The notes under the pieces were generated by a model. The model did no database searches, was not told the origin of the DNA, and saw only the letters and a list, made by a program, of their open reading frames with translations. Below, piece by piece: positions 57,401 to 64,000 of a DNA stretch of 64,000 nucleotides; within the stretch, counting starts at the first letter, position 1, and each line of letters opens with the position of its first letter. Origin of the DNA: a bacterium (GTDB taxonomy: Bacteria > UBP6 > UBA1177 > JAKLFG01); assembly GCA_022711315.1 (NCBI GenBank), contig JAKLFG010000004.1, forward strand, positions 19,309 to 83,308, given 5' to 3'. The position numbers and the translations under genes are program-made.

Positions 57401-58194
57401 AGGAACCGGAGCCCCCACCGTTCGCGGATGAAGCGCAACTGGTCGGCGAGCGAATCGGGAAAGGCGCTCGCGGGGGAGGTCAGCAGGTCGAGCAGTTTCT
57501 GCCCGTCGGGGCCGAACGCCGGTTTCTGCGCGAAGAATTCGCCGAGCGCCGTCGTCAGTTCGCCATACCGGGTCGTCCGGCGGAGCGGTTCGTCGCTGAA
57601 CAGTTCCTCATAGCGCTTGAAGGCGGGGTTGCGGTTGGCGATGTAGAGCATCAGGAGTTCTTCCAGTTCCACCTCGACCGCCGGGTCGTCGCCGCATCTT
57701 CCGGCGAGATAGTCGGCAAGCCCCATCTCGCCGCGGTAGACCGGGAGCGGCGGGAACTCCTCGGCGAACCGGCGGATCGCCGCGTCGGTGTCGTCGCCGA
57801 GCCGGTCTCGCAGGAAGGCGAGCGCCTCGGTGAAGAGGGTCGGCGCCACCTGCGTCCGGTAGAGCCGCACGATGTGGTGGAGCACCTCGTCGATGAGCGC
57901 CATCGCGTTGAGATGGCCCGCCTTCACCGCCTGTTCGGGGTGTTTGACGAGGTCTTTTTTCTCGTTCATCGCATGGGCGAACCGGCGGACCGCGGCGTAG
58001 TCGGGGAAGACCACATTGCCCGACAGCGTGAATATCCGTTCCTCGAACCGGTAGCGGTCGCGGCTTTCGCGCGACACATGGAAATGGCGGTCGCCGCCCG
58101 TTCGGGGGGAGCGCTCCTCGCCGAAGCGGGAAAGCGAAACGATCAGTCCGGGAAAGGGTGTCATCGTCATGCGGGACCCCGTTGTTTTCTGCAC
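54424..58194 (-). CDS. very large GH13 (alpha-amylase family) protein with N- and C-terminal extensions and Lys/Ala/Pro-rich tail
   Basis: GH13 regions: I LASDMVPNH, II IRFDAAMTLAK, III LLAEAFW, IV FVNFLNNPDE. The start is ambiguous (GTG 58194, ATG 58170 or ATG 58164). Confidence 0.8.
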   Translation of the reverse strand: MQKTTGSRMTMTPFPGLIVSLSRFGEERSPRTGGDRHFHVSRESRDRYRFEERIFTLSGNVVFPDYAAVRRFAHAMNEKKDLVKHPEQAVKAGHLNAMALIDEVLHHIVRLYRTQVAPTLFTEALAFLRDRLGDDTDAAIRRFAEEFPPLPVYRGEMGLADYLAGRCGDDPAVEVELEELLMLYIANRNPAFKRYEELFSDEPLRRTTRYGELTTALGEFFAQKPAFGPDGQKLLDLLTSPASAFPDSLADQLRFIRERWGLRFLGDHFLKVLSGGDLLREEEKPYFPFEARGEVITGESLRGGYLPGQWRDHEYEAFSPDRVWMPNLVMSAKSALVWLDQLSRQYGRHLTRLDDIPEDELKKLARWGFTGLWLIGVWERSTASRTIKQIMGNPEAAASAYSLYDYTIAQELGGEAALATLRDRAGKYGIRLASDMVPNHMAIDSRWVHHHPDWFLQAKEPPFPSYTYNGPNLSTEEHIGIYIEDRYYDKTDAAVTFKRVDFRYNDVRYIYHGNDGTSYPWNDTAQLDYTRADVREAVIQTILHVARQFPVIRFDAAMTLAKRHYQRLWFPEPGTGGDIPSRVEYALTRDQFNEKIPNEFWREVVDRVQAELPDTLLLAEAFWLMEGYFVRTLGMHRVYNSAFMNFLKKEENDQYRLSIRNVLEFDPHILQRFVNFLNNPDEKTAVEQFGKDDKYFGVSLLMATMPGLPMFGHGQVEGFTEKYGMEYRKAYWNESVDHQLVQRHERELFPLLRKRYLFAGVENFYLYDFFLHNGRVNEHVYAYSNRRDDERALILFNNKFSETSGWIRTSVGFLDKGSGQVVQRTLVEGLGLTPGAGRYLLLRDHITGLEFIRRVDDLAEKGLFVTLGAYKYQAFLDLREVIETAAEPWGELHDTLDGAGVPDIRRALTMLTVAPLHAAFRRLANPATFKALIAARAAKGPVKMKATTRKLLLQLTVHHRSFLDELRFLHGGTGDVDILAGLFAHDLAAFIELPTVDLAPLHPPAQEWLTAVVGDDVSALLMMFGWTLTARLSQITQEKNDGPTSNGILRKYLLEEVFLTLFREMGRGERHAEMEQRHIRAFVYYQNWWRQYPQDDLCHAMMKDVFADENMHRILQMNEYKGVRYFNKEAFEHFVNGLFVMAVLDILRSDLPPAKKKKELATRTTLARKLLDAMPLSEYRVDKLLEVLKDPVKAPVTKGRKEQEEEMFCVIGEPIPVRYAEVERPVKKKKPAAAKAKADKPAAAKTKKPTVKGKKP

Positions 58195-58249
58195 CGGGGA
58201 ACACTACCGTAAAGCGCCCTTCAAGTCAACTTTGCGGCAGGCGAATAAC

Positions 58250-58278
58250 TTGCAAAGCGCTTATCAGTCGGATATAGT
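58250..58278 (+). promoter_or_regulatory. candidate promoter for ribE
   Basis: TTGCAA-N17-TATAGT, 28 nt before ATG 58307. Confidence 0.4.
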
Positions 58279-58306
58279 GCCCCGCGTGCACTGGAGAGAA
58301 GGGACG

Positions 58307-58936
58307 ATGTTCACCGGCATCATCGAAAAGACGGGTAAGGTCGCCCGGTTGACCGCCTCGGGACCGGAGCGAACGCTCACCCTCGACAACCCGTTCGGGA
58401 ACGACATCGCAAGCGGTGACAGCATCGCGGTGGATGGCGCCTGTCTGACGGTCACCGCGTTCGACGCGAAGCAGATGAGTTTCTTCATATCGGCCGAAAC
58501 GGTGAAAAAGACGCTCGCGGCGAACTACAAGCCGGGGAGGTCGGTCAATCTCGAACGGGCGCTTGCGTTCGGCGGTCGTCTCGACGGCCATATCGTCACC
58601 GGCCATGTTGATGCCGTGTCGCGCGTCGCGTCGGTGAAAAAGGTCGGCGCGGGGGTTGAGATCGCGGTCGCGATACCCGAGGCCTTCGGCCATCTGACGG
58701 TCGACCGTGGCTCCATCGCCGTGAACGGCATCTCGCTCACGATAGCCGAACTGCGCGGGGATACGGCGGTCGTGTCGCTCATCCCCGAGACGCTCTCCCG
58801 GACCGCCTTCGCGGGCGGCGTCACGGCGGGTGACGCGGTGAATCTCGAATTCGACATCCTCGGCAAATACGCGGCGCGGCTTCTCGCCCCGCACCTGCGG
58901 GACGACAGACTGCGCTCCCTTATCGAGAAACTATAG
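58307..58936 (+). CDS. ribE: riboflavin synthase (alpha chain)
   Basis: MFTGIIEKTGKV.. N-terminus. Internal duplication (GDSIAVDGACLTV / GSIAVNGISLTI). About 209 aa. Confidence 0.9.
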   Translation: MFTGIIEKTGKVARLTASGPERTLTLDNPFGNDIASGDSIAVDGACLTVTAFDAKQMSFFISAETVKKTLAANYKPGRSVNLERALAFGGRLDGHIVTGHVDAVSRVASVKKVGAGVEIAVAIPEAFGHLTVDRGSIAVNGISLTIAELRGDTAVVSLIPETLSRTAFAGGVTAGDAVNLEFDILGKYAARLLAPHLRDDRLRSLIEKL

Positions 58937-58957
58937 CCCCGGTCGGGAGGAGGCACC

Positions 58958-59266
58958 ATGTTCAGGACCGTGACGCTCGTGGCGCTGTTCACGACACTGC
59001 TCATCACCGTGCTGCTGTTCGCCCTCAAGAACGGCCAGCCGGTGCCGGTCGATCTCGTGGTCACCCGGCTCGATACGGTGCCACTGTGGGTGGTGATGGT
59101 CGCCGCGTGCGCTGTCGGATCGACGCTCGCCACGCTCGTGTTCGCCGTGGTGTTCTTCAGCCTCTATTTCGCCAAGCGGTCGGCCGAGAAGGAACTGCAG
59201 AAGACCCGCGCCGAACTTGCGGCGCTCACCGTGAAGAATTCAGCCGATAAGGGTGTCGCCCGCTGA
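58958..59266 (+). CDS. lapA: LapA-like (DUF1049) inner-membrane protein
   Basis: Two TM segments flanking ..KNGQPVPVDL... C-terminal coiled segment. Directly precedes the lapB-like gene. Confidence 0.65.
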   Translation: MFRTVTLVALFTTLLITVLLFALKNGQPVPVDLVVTRLDTVPLWVVMVAACAVGSTLATLVFAVVFFSLYFAKRSAEKELQKTRAELAALTVKNSADKGVAR

Positions 59267-60357
59267 TGGAACTCTTTCATCCCCATACCCGGGAGATACT
59301 CGTCGCGGCGGCCCTGCTCGTCGCGCTCCTGCTCATTCTTCTGAGGATGGTATGGTCGCGGCGGCGGACCGCCCTGCGGATAAAGACCGATATGCTGTCG
59401 GTGCTCCCGTCGCTCGAACGGCTCGCCGAGGGTGACCGCGCCGAACTTTCGAAGTGGCTGCGCCGCGCCGCGCGGCGGTATCCCGACGAGGTGCGCACCT
59501 TCATCCTGCTCGGCGACCTGCTCCGCGCCGAAGGCCCGCTCAAGGCGGTGTTCCTGCACCGCACCCTGCTGTTCCGTAAAAAACTCTCGACAGCCGACCG
59601 GGCCTCGATACTGCTCAGTCTCGGGCGCGACCATCGGGCGCTCGATGACGATCAGAAGGCGCTCGCCTCCCTCAAACAGAGCCTTGCGGCGGAAAAAAGG
59701 GAAGAGACGCTGAAAGAACTGGTGTCGCTTGAAACGGCGATGGAACTGTTCGACGACGCGCTCTACCACTGCAAGGAACTCAACCGGTTGGCGGGATTCG
59801 ACCGCAACGAAGGCCTGCGCGCGGTGATGCTCGACGCCCTCGCGGCGGCCGTTTCCCAGAACCGTTCCGACGAGGCGCGGCGCTGGGGCGAGATGGTGGC
59901 GCGCGCGGAGGATGACACCGCGCTCGCGCTTCTGATACCCTGTGTCCTCGCGGCATGGGAGGGCAAGGTCGAACAGGCGCGGCCGCTCGCGGAGAAACTC
60001 ATCGAACGGTACCCCGACGAGGAGTACACCCTGCGCTACTTGCTTCTGCAGACGCCCGCCGGCATCGCGTTCTCTCGCCTTCTGCCCGGTCCGTACGGTC
60101 CGGCCTTCGCGGCGCTCTGCGATGAAACACGGGTACTTACGGTGACCGAAATGGCGCCTATTGAAAAAAAGAGCGCGCTGTACTATCATCTGGCGGCGCG
60201 GACCGTGCCGCCGGGAGAGACCAGAGATCTCCTCGCCGCCGCCGGCAGACGCGAACGGCTGTTCGCCTGCGCGGCATGCGGAGGCCGCTTCGAGGGGATA
60301 CGATTCTCCTGTCCCGGGTGCGGACTCCCGGTGACGGTGCGTCCGGGCGCGGTCTGA
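59266..60357 (+). CDS. lapB: LapB/YciM-like TPR protein with C-terminal rubredoxin-type metal site
   Basis: One-nt overlap (TGATG) with lapA. N-terminal TM, TPR-like helices, CAACGGRFEGIRFSCPGCG. Confidence 0.7.
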   Translation: MELFHPHTREILVAAALLVALLLILLRMVWSRRRTALRIKTDMLSVLPSLERLAEGDRAELSKWLRRAARRYPDEVRTFILLGDLLRAEGPLKAVFLHRTLLFRKKLSTADRASILLSLGRDHRALDDDQKALASLKQSLAAEKREETLKELVSLETAMELFDDALYHCKELNRLAGFDRNEGLRAVMLDALAAAVSQNRSDEARRWGEMVARAEDDTALALLIPCVLAAWEGKVEQARPLAEKLIERYPDEEYTLRYLLLQTPAGIAFSRLLPGPYGPAFAALCDETRVLTVTEMAPIEKKSALYYHLAARTVPPGETRDLLAAAGRRERLFACAACGGRFEGIRFSCPGCGLPVTVRPGAV

Positions 60358-60385
60358 CGGATATAGAGAGAGACGGAGGATACCG

Positions 60386-61474
60386 ATGAGGGAACGACCG
60401 AGGACGATACTGATCGGCATGCTGGTGCTCGCCTTCATGCTGGGGGCGTGCGAGGGCGCGAAGAGTGAAAAGGCGAAGATGCCGGTCGACGAATTCTTCC
60501 AGACCTACCTGCAGACGATCTGCGGGAGCGCCGCCGAGTACAGCGGCGGCATCATCACCTCCGCGAACAAAGACTCCTGCGTGGACAGCATCAAGGAGAG
60601 TCTGCTCGTCTGGGACTTCTTCCATGCGGGTCGCAAGACGGTCTTCAAGCAGAAGATATACCTGCTGCGTCTCGCCGAGAAGCGGGAATGGCTGAGCGTG
60701 GACGCCGATCAGGCGCAGAAATGCTTCGACATCATCTCCCAGATGCATCCCTATAATCCGCTCGAGATACGGCTGTTCGACATTCCCGATTGTGCGCTCG
60801 CCTTCAAAGGGCTGAAGATCATCAATGACCAGTGCTTCCAGGACGAGGAATGCGACAACGGGTGGTGCAACCTGGCCGGCGGCGCCTGCCCGGGGTGGTG
60901 CGTGCTGTATCGCCGGCAGGGGGAACCGTGCAACGAGAACCTCGACCGCTGTGAGCCGGGGTACACCTGCTTGAGTTCGGGCTGTTCCCGGCTTTCGACC
61001 GGTGCGAAGGGGGAGCCCTGCATGAGTGACGACCACTGCGCGAGTTACCTCTATTGCAAGAAGACGGAAGGCGACGACATCGGGATATGTTTCGAAAAGA
61101 AAGGCATCGGCAAGACCTGCGTCGAGCATAACGAGTGCATCGTCGGTCTCACCTGCATCGATGAGCAGTGTCAGGGACCGGAGATACCCAACAGCGTCGG
61201 CGCCGACTGCAGCGCCTCGAAGGTCTGCAATTATTTCTCCCGCCTCGAGTGCGGTGTGAACGGCGAGACCTATGCCTGTCGCACCTTCCCGGCGGAAGAG
61301 TATGCGGCCTGCACTCTCCAGTGCGACAAGAAGTTCTACTGCGACCCGTTCGATCATAAGTGCTCCTATTTCAAAGGCGAAGGGGAGCCGTGCGGACAGT
61401 ACTATCAGTGTTCAACGCTTTATTGCGCCAAAGGCGGCGTATGCGAAATGCCTGAATGCGAACAGATATTCTAG
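60386..61474 (+). CDS. Cys-rich lipoprotein (about 35 Cys) with Dickkopf-N-like G.xC..x..C..x..C repeats
   Basis: Lipobox FMLGA-C. Repeats GEPCNENLDRCEPGYTCLSSGC, GEPCMSDDHCASYLYC, GKTCVEHNECIVGLTCIDEQC, GADCSASKVCNYFSRLEC, GEPCGQYYQCSTLYCAKGGVC. Kazal-like CGVNGETYAC. Confidence 0.7.
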   Translation: MRERPRTILIGMLVLAFMLGACEGAKSEKAKMPVDEFFQTYLQTICGSAAEYSGGIITSANKDSCVDSIKESLLVWDFFHAGRKTVFKQKIYLLRLAEKREWLSVDADQAQKCFDIISQMHPYNPLEIRLFDIPDCALAFKGLKIINDQCFQDEECDNGWCNLAGGACPGWCVLYRRQGEPCNENLDRCEPGYTCLSSGCSRLSTGAKGEPCMSDDHCASYLYCKKTEGDDIGICFEKKGIGKTCVEHNECIVGLTCIDEQCQGPEIPNSVGADCSASKVCNYFSRLECGVNGETYACRTFPAEEYAACTLQCDKKFYCDPFDHKCSYFKGEGEPCGQYYQCSTLYCAKGGVCEMPECEQIF

Positions 61475-62022
61475 CGGCATTCCTGCTCGCAACCCTTTTT
61501 TTCGGGGCCTGTGCCTCCTCGGGTGCCGGTGCCGCTTCCGGTGCGCCGGCGCCTTCATCGTCGCCGGTCGTCGAAAGGAAAGAAGGGACGCCTATTGTGC
61601 CTGAAAAGAGACGGGAGACGCTTGCCGACCGGGTGTTTCTCAAAGACCCGGAAAGTGGTCGCGTGTCGTCGCTGGCTGAACTGACGGGCGGCTCGCCCTC
61701 TCTGATGGATCTCTCGGCGAGTTGGTGCGGACCGTGCGCCGAACTGACCGAGCGGCTCAACACGCTACAGGAGCGGTTCGGCGGAAAGGTCCGTTTCCTG
61801 ATGGTCGTGCAGAAGGGGGACCCCCCCGAACTGCAACCCGGCCGCCCGGGATATCCTATCTATATCTTGGAGCAGGCGCCCGCTGAATTGGGCATCCGGC
61901 CTCCGGAGGTGTTGCCGACCGTCCTGCTTTTTGCCGGGGACGGTTCCCTTTTCGGCGAGCTCGCCGGGCTGTATCCGGCGTTGTTCTATTACGGGGTGCT
62001 TGCCGATCTAACGGCCCGATGA
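61456..62022 (+). CDS. TlpA-like thiol:disulfide oxidoreductase lipoprotein
   Basis: Lipobox LFFGA-C. Thioredoxin motif WCGPC. Overlaps the Cys-rich gene by 19 nt. Confidence 0.8.
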   Translation: MRTDILAAFLLATLFFGACASSGAGAASGAPAPSSSPVVERKEGTPIVPEKRRETLADRVFLKDPESGRVSSLAELTGGSPSLMDLSASWCGPCAELTERLNTLQERFGGKVRFLMVVQKGDPPELQPGRPGYPIYILEQAPAELGIRPPEVLPTVLLFAGDGSLFGELAGLYPALFYYGVLADLTAR

Positions 62023-63549
62023 CCGCGCGCGATAGCGTTCGACATACCGCTCGATGCCGCGGATCTCGTCATTGGTGAGTCTGAACAATTGATAGATGCT
62101 CCGGTTGAGGTCCCGGGCCCCTTTCTCCCCGTCACCCGACCGGATGGCCCGCACCGCCGCCGCGACCACCTCCTGCAACTGTTTCTTCGCGGGGGTGAAA
62201 GGGATGCTGTTGAAGTTCTTTTTGAGGAACTTGTTATGGTGCGGGAATTTAAGCGTGTAATAGAACAGTATCAGGTCCGAGTTGAGGTAGCCCTCGGCAT
62301 ATTCGAGTGGCAGGTCGCCGTTCCGCGGGATGATGCCGGCGACATCGCTGAGGAAGTAGAGTTTTGACCGGTCTATACAGATCGCCGGCCGCACCGAAAG
62401 GTAGCGGGCGATAAGTTTGGGCCGTTCGAACTGACCGGCGGCCGGCAACTGGAAAAAGAACTCTTTGTCGGGGATGACCCATGCGTGGGGCGCCGGGTCG
62501 GTGAAGGGGACGATCTCCTTGCCGCGGATGAGCGGTTTTGTCTGCGGGGTACGGCGCAGGGCCTCGACGGGCGGTTGCGTGCCGCGGGCGGGGAACATCC
62601 CGATGAAGAAATCGAAATGATCGGCGCAGGTCCCTTCGGCCTGTTTCTCTATCTTCTGGAGGAGCAGTATCTCCTCGTAGGCGAGATTGTCGTTGAAGGT
62701 GAGCAGATTGTTGAAGGTGATGAAGTCGTTCGGCACGGTGAAGAACGATCCGGTCGCGCGGTCGCTGATGGCGATGGACCGTTCGGGCTCCGGCGTCCGT
62801 TTCCGCCCGAGATCGAGCACCAGTTTTTGATGGTCCTTGTTTATCTCGCGCAGGGAGAAGATATCGTAAAGGAACCGTTTTTCCTTCTTGGTCACCGGCG
62901 ACATCAGGAAATTCTTCTTGAGGTGGAGCAGGTACGACCCTTCCTCATGCAGGAGAAGAGCGATGTTGCGGAAGAATTGTTCCGGCGGGAAGTCGCTGGT
63001 TATCGCTTCGTCGAGGACCAGATGGAACTGGTAGGGCTTGACCTTGGTGCTCTGTTCGCCCGAGAAGAGGTCGAATATCGTCGACTGGAGCGATATCTCC
63101 ACCGGTTTTTCCTTAGAAAAAGGATAGGCGAACACCTCGGTGAAGGGTGACAGGAACGCCCCCTCCTCATGGTAGGCGAAATGGAGGCGGTGCCCCTTTT
63201 CCAAGTGACGAGGCAGGTAGACCGCGTCTGAAAGGAACAGGATATCGTGCTGAGAGGAGGAAAGCCGCGGGGCGGTCTCCATCGGCGCCGGGTGGGGGAG
63301 AGAGAGGATGTAACTGACCGACCACGAGGAGACCAGTTCATGTTTCAGACGGTCGCTGAACCGGCGGTTTATCTTCAGAAAATCATCGGCCGATATCCCG
63401 GTGAGGAGTGAGGGGGAGATCCGTTTGTCCAGCGTGGTGAAATGGTAGCGGTTCAGCAGGAAGGTATAGGGGTTCGCCGCGATATCGTGGTCGCTACAGA
63501 AGGACCGGATATCCCGGAACAGTTTAAGAAGTTTTTTCCTCTTATCCAT
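62008..63549 (-). CDS. degenerate Eco57I/type-IIG-like methyltransferase fold fused to TaqI_C-type target-recognition domain; catalytic motifs absent
   Basis: C-terminal half RGKEIVPF..PKLIARYLSVRPAICIDRS..YFLSDVAGIIP..YLNSDLILFYY..NFNSIPF. N-terminal half FHLVLDEAIT where FDxVIGNPPY is expected, followed by LLHEEGSYLLHLKKNFL. Low G+C. Confidence 0.6.
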   Translation of the reverse strand: MDKRKKLLKLFRDIRSFCSDHDIAANPYTFLLNRYHFTTLDKRISPSLLTGISADDFLKINRRFSDRLKHELVSSWSVSYILSLPHPAPMETAPRLSSSQHDILFLSDAVYLPRHLEKGHRLHFAYHEEGAFLSPFTEVFAYPFSKEKPVEISLQSTIFDLFSGEQSTKVKPYQFHLVLDEAITSDFPPEQFFRNIALLLHEEGSYLLHLKKNFLMSPVTKKEKRFLYDIFSLREINKDHQKLVLDLGRKRTPEPERSIAISDRATGSFFTVPNDFITFNNLLTFNDNLAYEEILLLQKIEKQAEGTCADHFDFFIGMFPARGTQPPVEALRRTPQTKPLIRGKEIVPFTDPAPHAWVIPDKEFFFQLPAAGQFERPKLIARYLSVRPAICIDRSKLYFLSDVAGIIPRNGDLPLEYAEGYLNSDLILFYYTLKFPHHNKFLKKNFNSIPFTPAKKQLQEVVAAAVRAIRSGDGEKGARDLNRSIYQLFRLTNDEIRGIERYVERYRARSSGR

Positions 63550-63576
63550 GGAAAATGTCCCGATACATGCTTCGAT

Positions 63577-63605
63577 ACCATATAGCCATCGGGATCAAAT
63601 AGCAA
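63577..63605 (-). promoter_or_regulatory. candidate promoter for the TaqI_C-domain gene
   Basis: On the minus strand, TTGCTA-N17-TATGGT. Confidence 0.3.
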
Positions 63606-63621
63606 AAAAAATCTTGATGCG

Positions 63622-63648
63622 AAAAAAAAGGGGGCCGCGCGGGCCCCC
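63622..63648 (-). terminator. intrinsic terminator of the gene ending at 63675
   Basis: The minus strand reads GGGGGCC-CGCGC-GGCCCCC followed by TTTTTTTT, 26 nt after the stop codon. Confidence 0.7.
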
Positions 63649-63674
63649 TCGAAGTGTGGTATGAGAGCTAGAGA

Positions 63675-64000
63675 TCAGTTGTCGGGAAGCAGGTCATCGG
63701 TGACGACATCATCGGTAACGACATCATCGGGCGTTTCGTCGCCGTCGGGAAGCTCGCCCTTGCCGAATTCGTCCTTCATGTCCTCGCAGTTCATGATGAT
63801 CGGGTTACCTTCCTCGTCCTCTTCTTTGCTGTAGCAGGTGCAGACATCGGTCATGTAGTTCTCGTCGGTCTCGGTGAGGCCTTCGTTGAGCGCGGCGAGG
63901 ATGTCCTCGTCGGCATCGATCATCTTGGAGTAGTTCATGGCGCGCAGCGTCTCGCCGATCGCCCACTCGACATTCTTGTCGACGCAGACGAACATGGCGC
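63675..64000 (-). CDS. hypothetical protein with acidic DDVVTDD-repeat C-terminus (5' end probably outside window)
   Basis: The frame remains open to the window edge. C-terminal ..PDDVVTDDVVTDDLLPDN. Followed by a strong terminator. Confidence 0.5.
   Translation of the reverse strand, partial: AMFVCVDKNVEWAIGETLRAMNYSKMIDADEDILAALNEGLTETDENYMTDVCTCYSKEEDEEGNPIIMNCEDMKDEFGKGELPDGDETPDDVVTDDVVTDDLLPDN

Noticed and set aside
54796-58212. 1138-aa plus-strand ORF antisense to the GH13 gene. Similar long antisense ORFs lie at 41093-43831, 28826-30361, 46013-47404, 49017-50567, 22396-23718, 25355-26572, 37919-39160 and 60158-61357.
   Set aside because: The same codon-aligned antisense artefact applies. 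The compositions are Arg/Glu/Val/His-rich and non-protein-like, and in every case the opposite strand carries clear family motifs.
58195-58306. Possible FMN riboswitch (RFN element) upstream of ribE
   Set aside because: With the predicted -10 at 58273-58278, the leader is only about 28 nt. The conserved RFN cores (for example GGGCGGGGCGAAAUUCCCCACCGGCGGU) are not present, and the gap is shared with the divergent GH13 gene.
22411-63549. BREX-like or other defence link between the Lon-like protease (BrxL-like?) and the TaqI_C-domain protein (PglX-like?)
   Set aside because: The two genes are about 38 kb apart, on opposite strands and separated by housekeeping operons. The Lon-like protein has the LonC-type insertion architecture rather than BrxL, and the TaqI_C protein lacks methyltransferase motifs. 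No brxA/B/C, pglZ or nuclease genes are present.

Overview
Gene-dense, high-G+C (about 60 % by eye) chromosomal segment of a diderm bacterium. The taxon cannot be fixed without a database search; the gene content resembles Myxococcota or other deltaproteobacteria-like lineages. I call 55 protein-coding genes and one tRNA-Arg(UCG). I see no rRNA, CRISPR array, transposase, integrase or recognisable defence island.

Main blocks:
1. 1-3469: a TonB-receptor-like outer-membrane barrel plus a lipoprotein.
2. 3638-17807: a complete, translationally coupled gspC-N type II secretion operon, followed by a coupled NTF2-like lipoprotein.
3. 18840-24804: a four-gene operon encoding a rhodanese, a polytopic TPR/zinc-ribbon membrane protein, a membrane-anchored DUF4388 protein and a LonC-like protease.
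4. 24874-26554: yceD-rpmF-plsX.
5. 26545-30370 (minus strand): a CheY-like regulator, an RNA methyltransferase, a lipoprotein and an outer-membrane barrel.
6. 30561-37935: small ORF-lysS-lolC-lolE-lolD-bamA.
7. 37946-40173: a Glf/amine-oxidase-like flavoprotein coupled to an Hcp-like Sel1-repeat protein.
8. 40189-49051: a secreted DUF11-like protein, three tandem MFS (POT-like) paralogues and a YfbK-like VWA lipoprotein.
9. 49131-54156: an FGE-sulfatase-domain protein, a Kazal/cysteine-repeat lipoprotein, yjbQ, the tRNA and a VTDT-repeat lipoprotein.
10. 54424-58194: a 1256-aa GH13 enzyme with a histone-H1-like tail.
11. 58307-62022: ribE, lapA-lapB, a roughly 35-Cys lipoprotein and a TlpA-like thioredoxin.
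12. 62008-63549: a low-G+C single-gene island encoding a catalytically degenerate methyltransferase-like protein with a TaqI_C-type specificity domain.

The candidates I consider most worth follow-up are the rhodanese/TPR-Zn/DUF4388/LonC-like operon, the triplicated transporter-VWA cluster, the cysteine-repeat secreted lipoproteins with a dedicated thioredoxin, and the orphan dead-methyltransferase/TaqI_C gene.

All functional calls come from motif recognition by eye. No database search was run. The kilobase-scale antisense ORFs in the ORF track are judged to be codon-bias artefacts.
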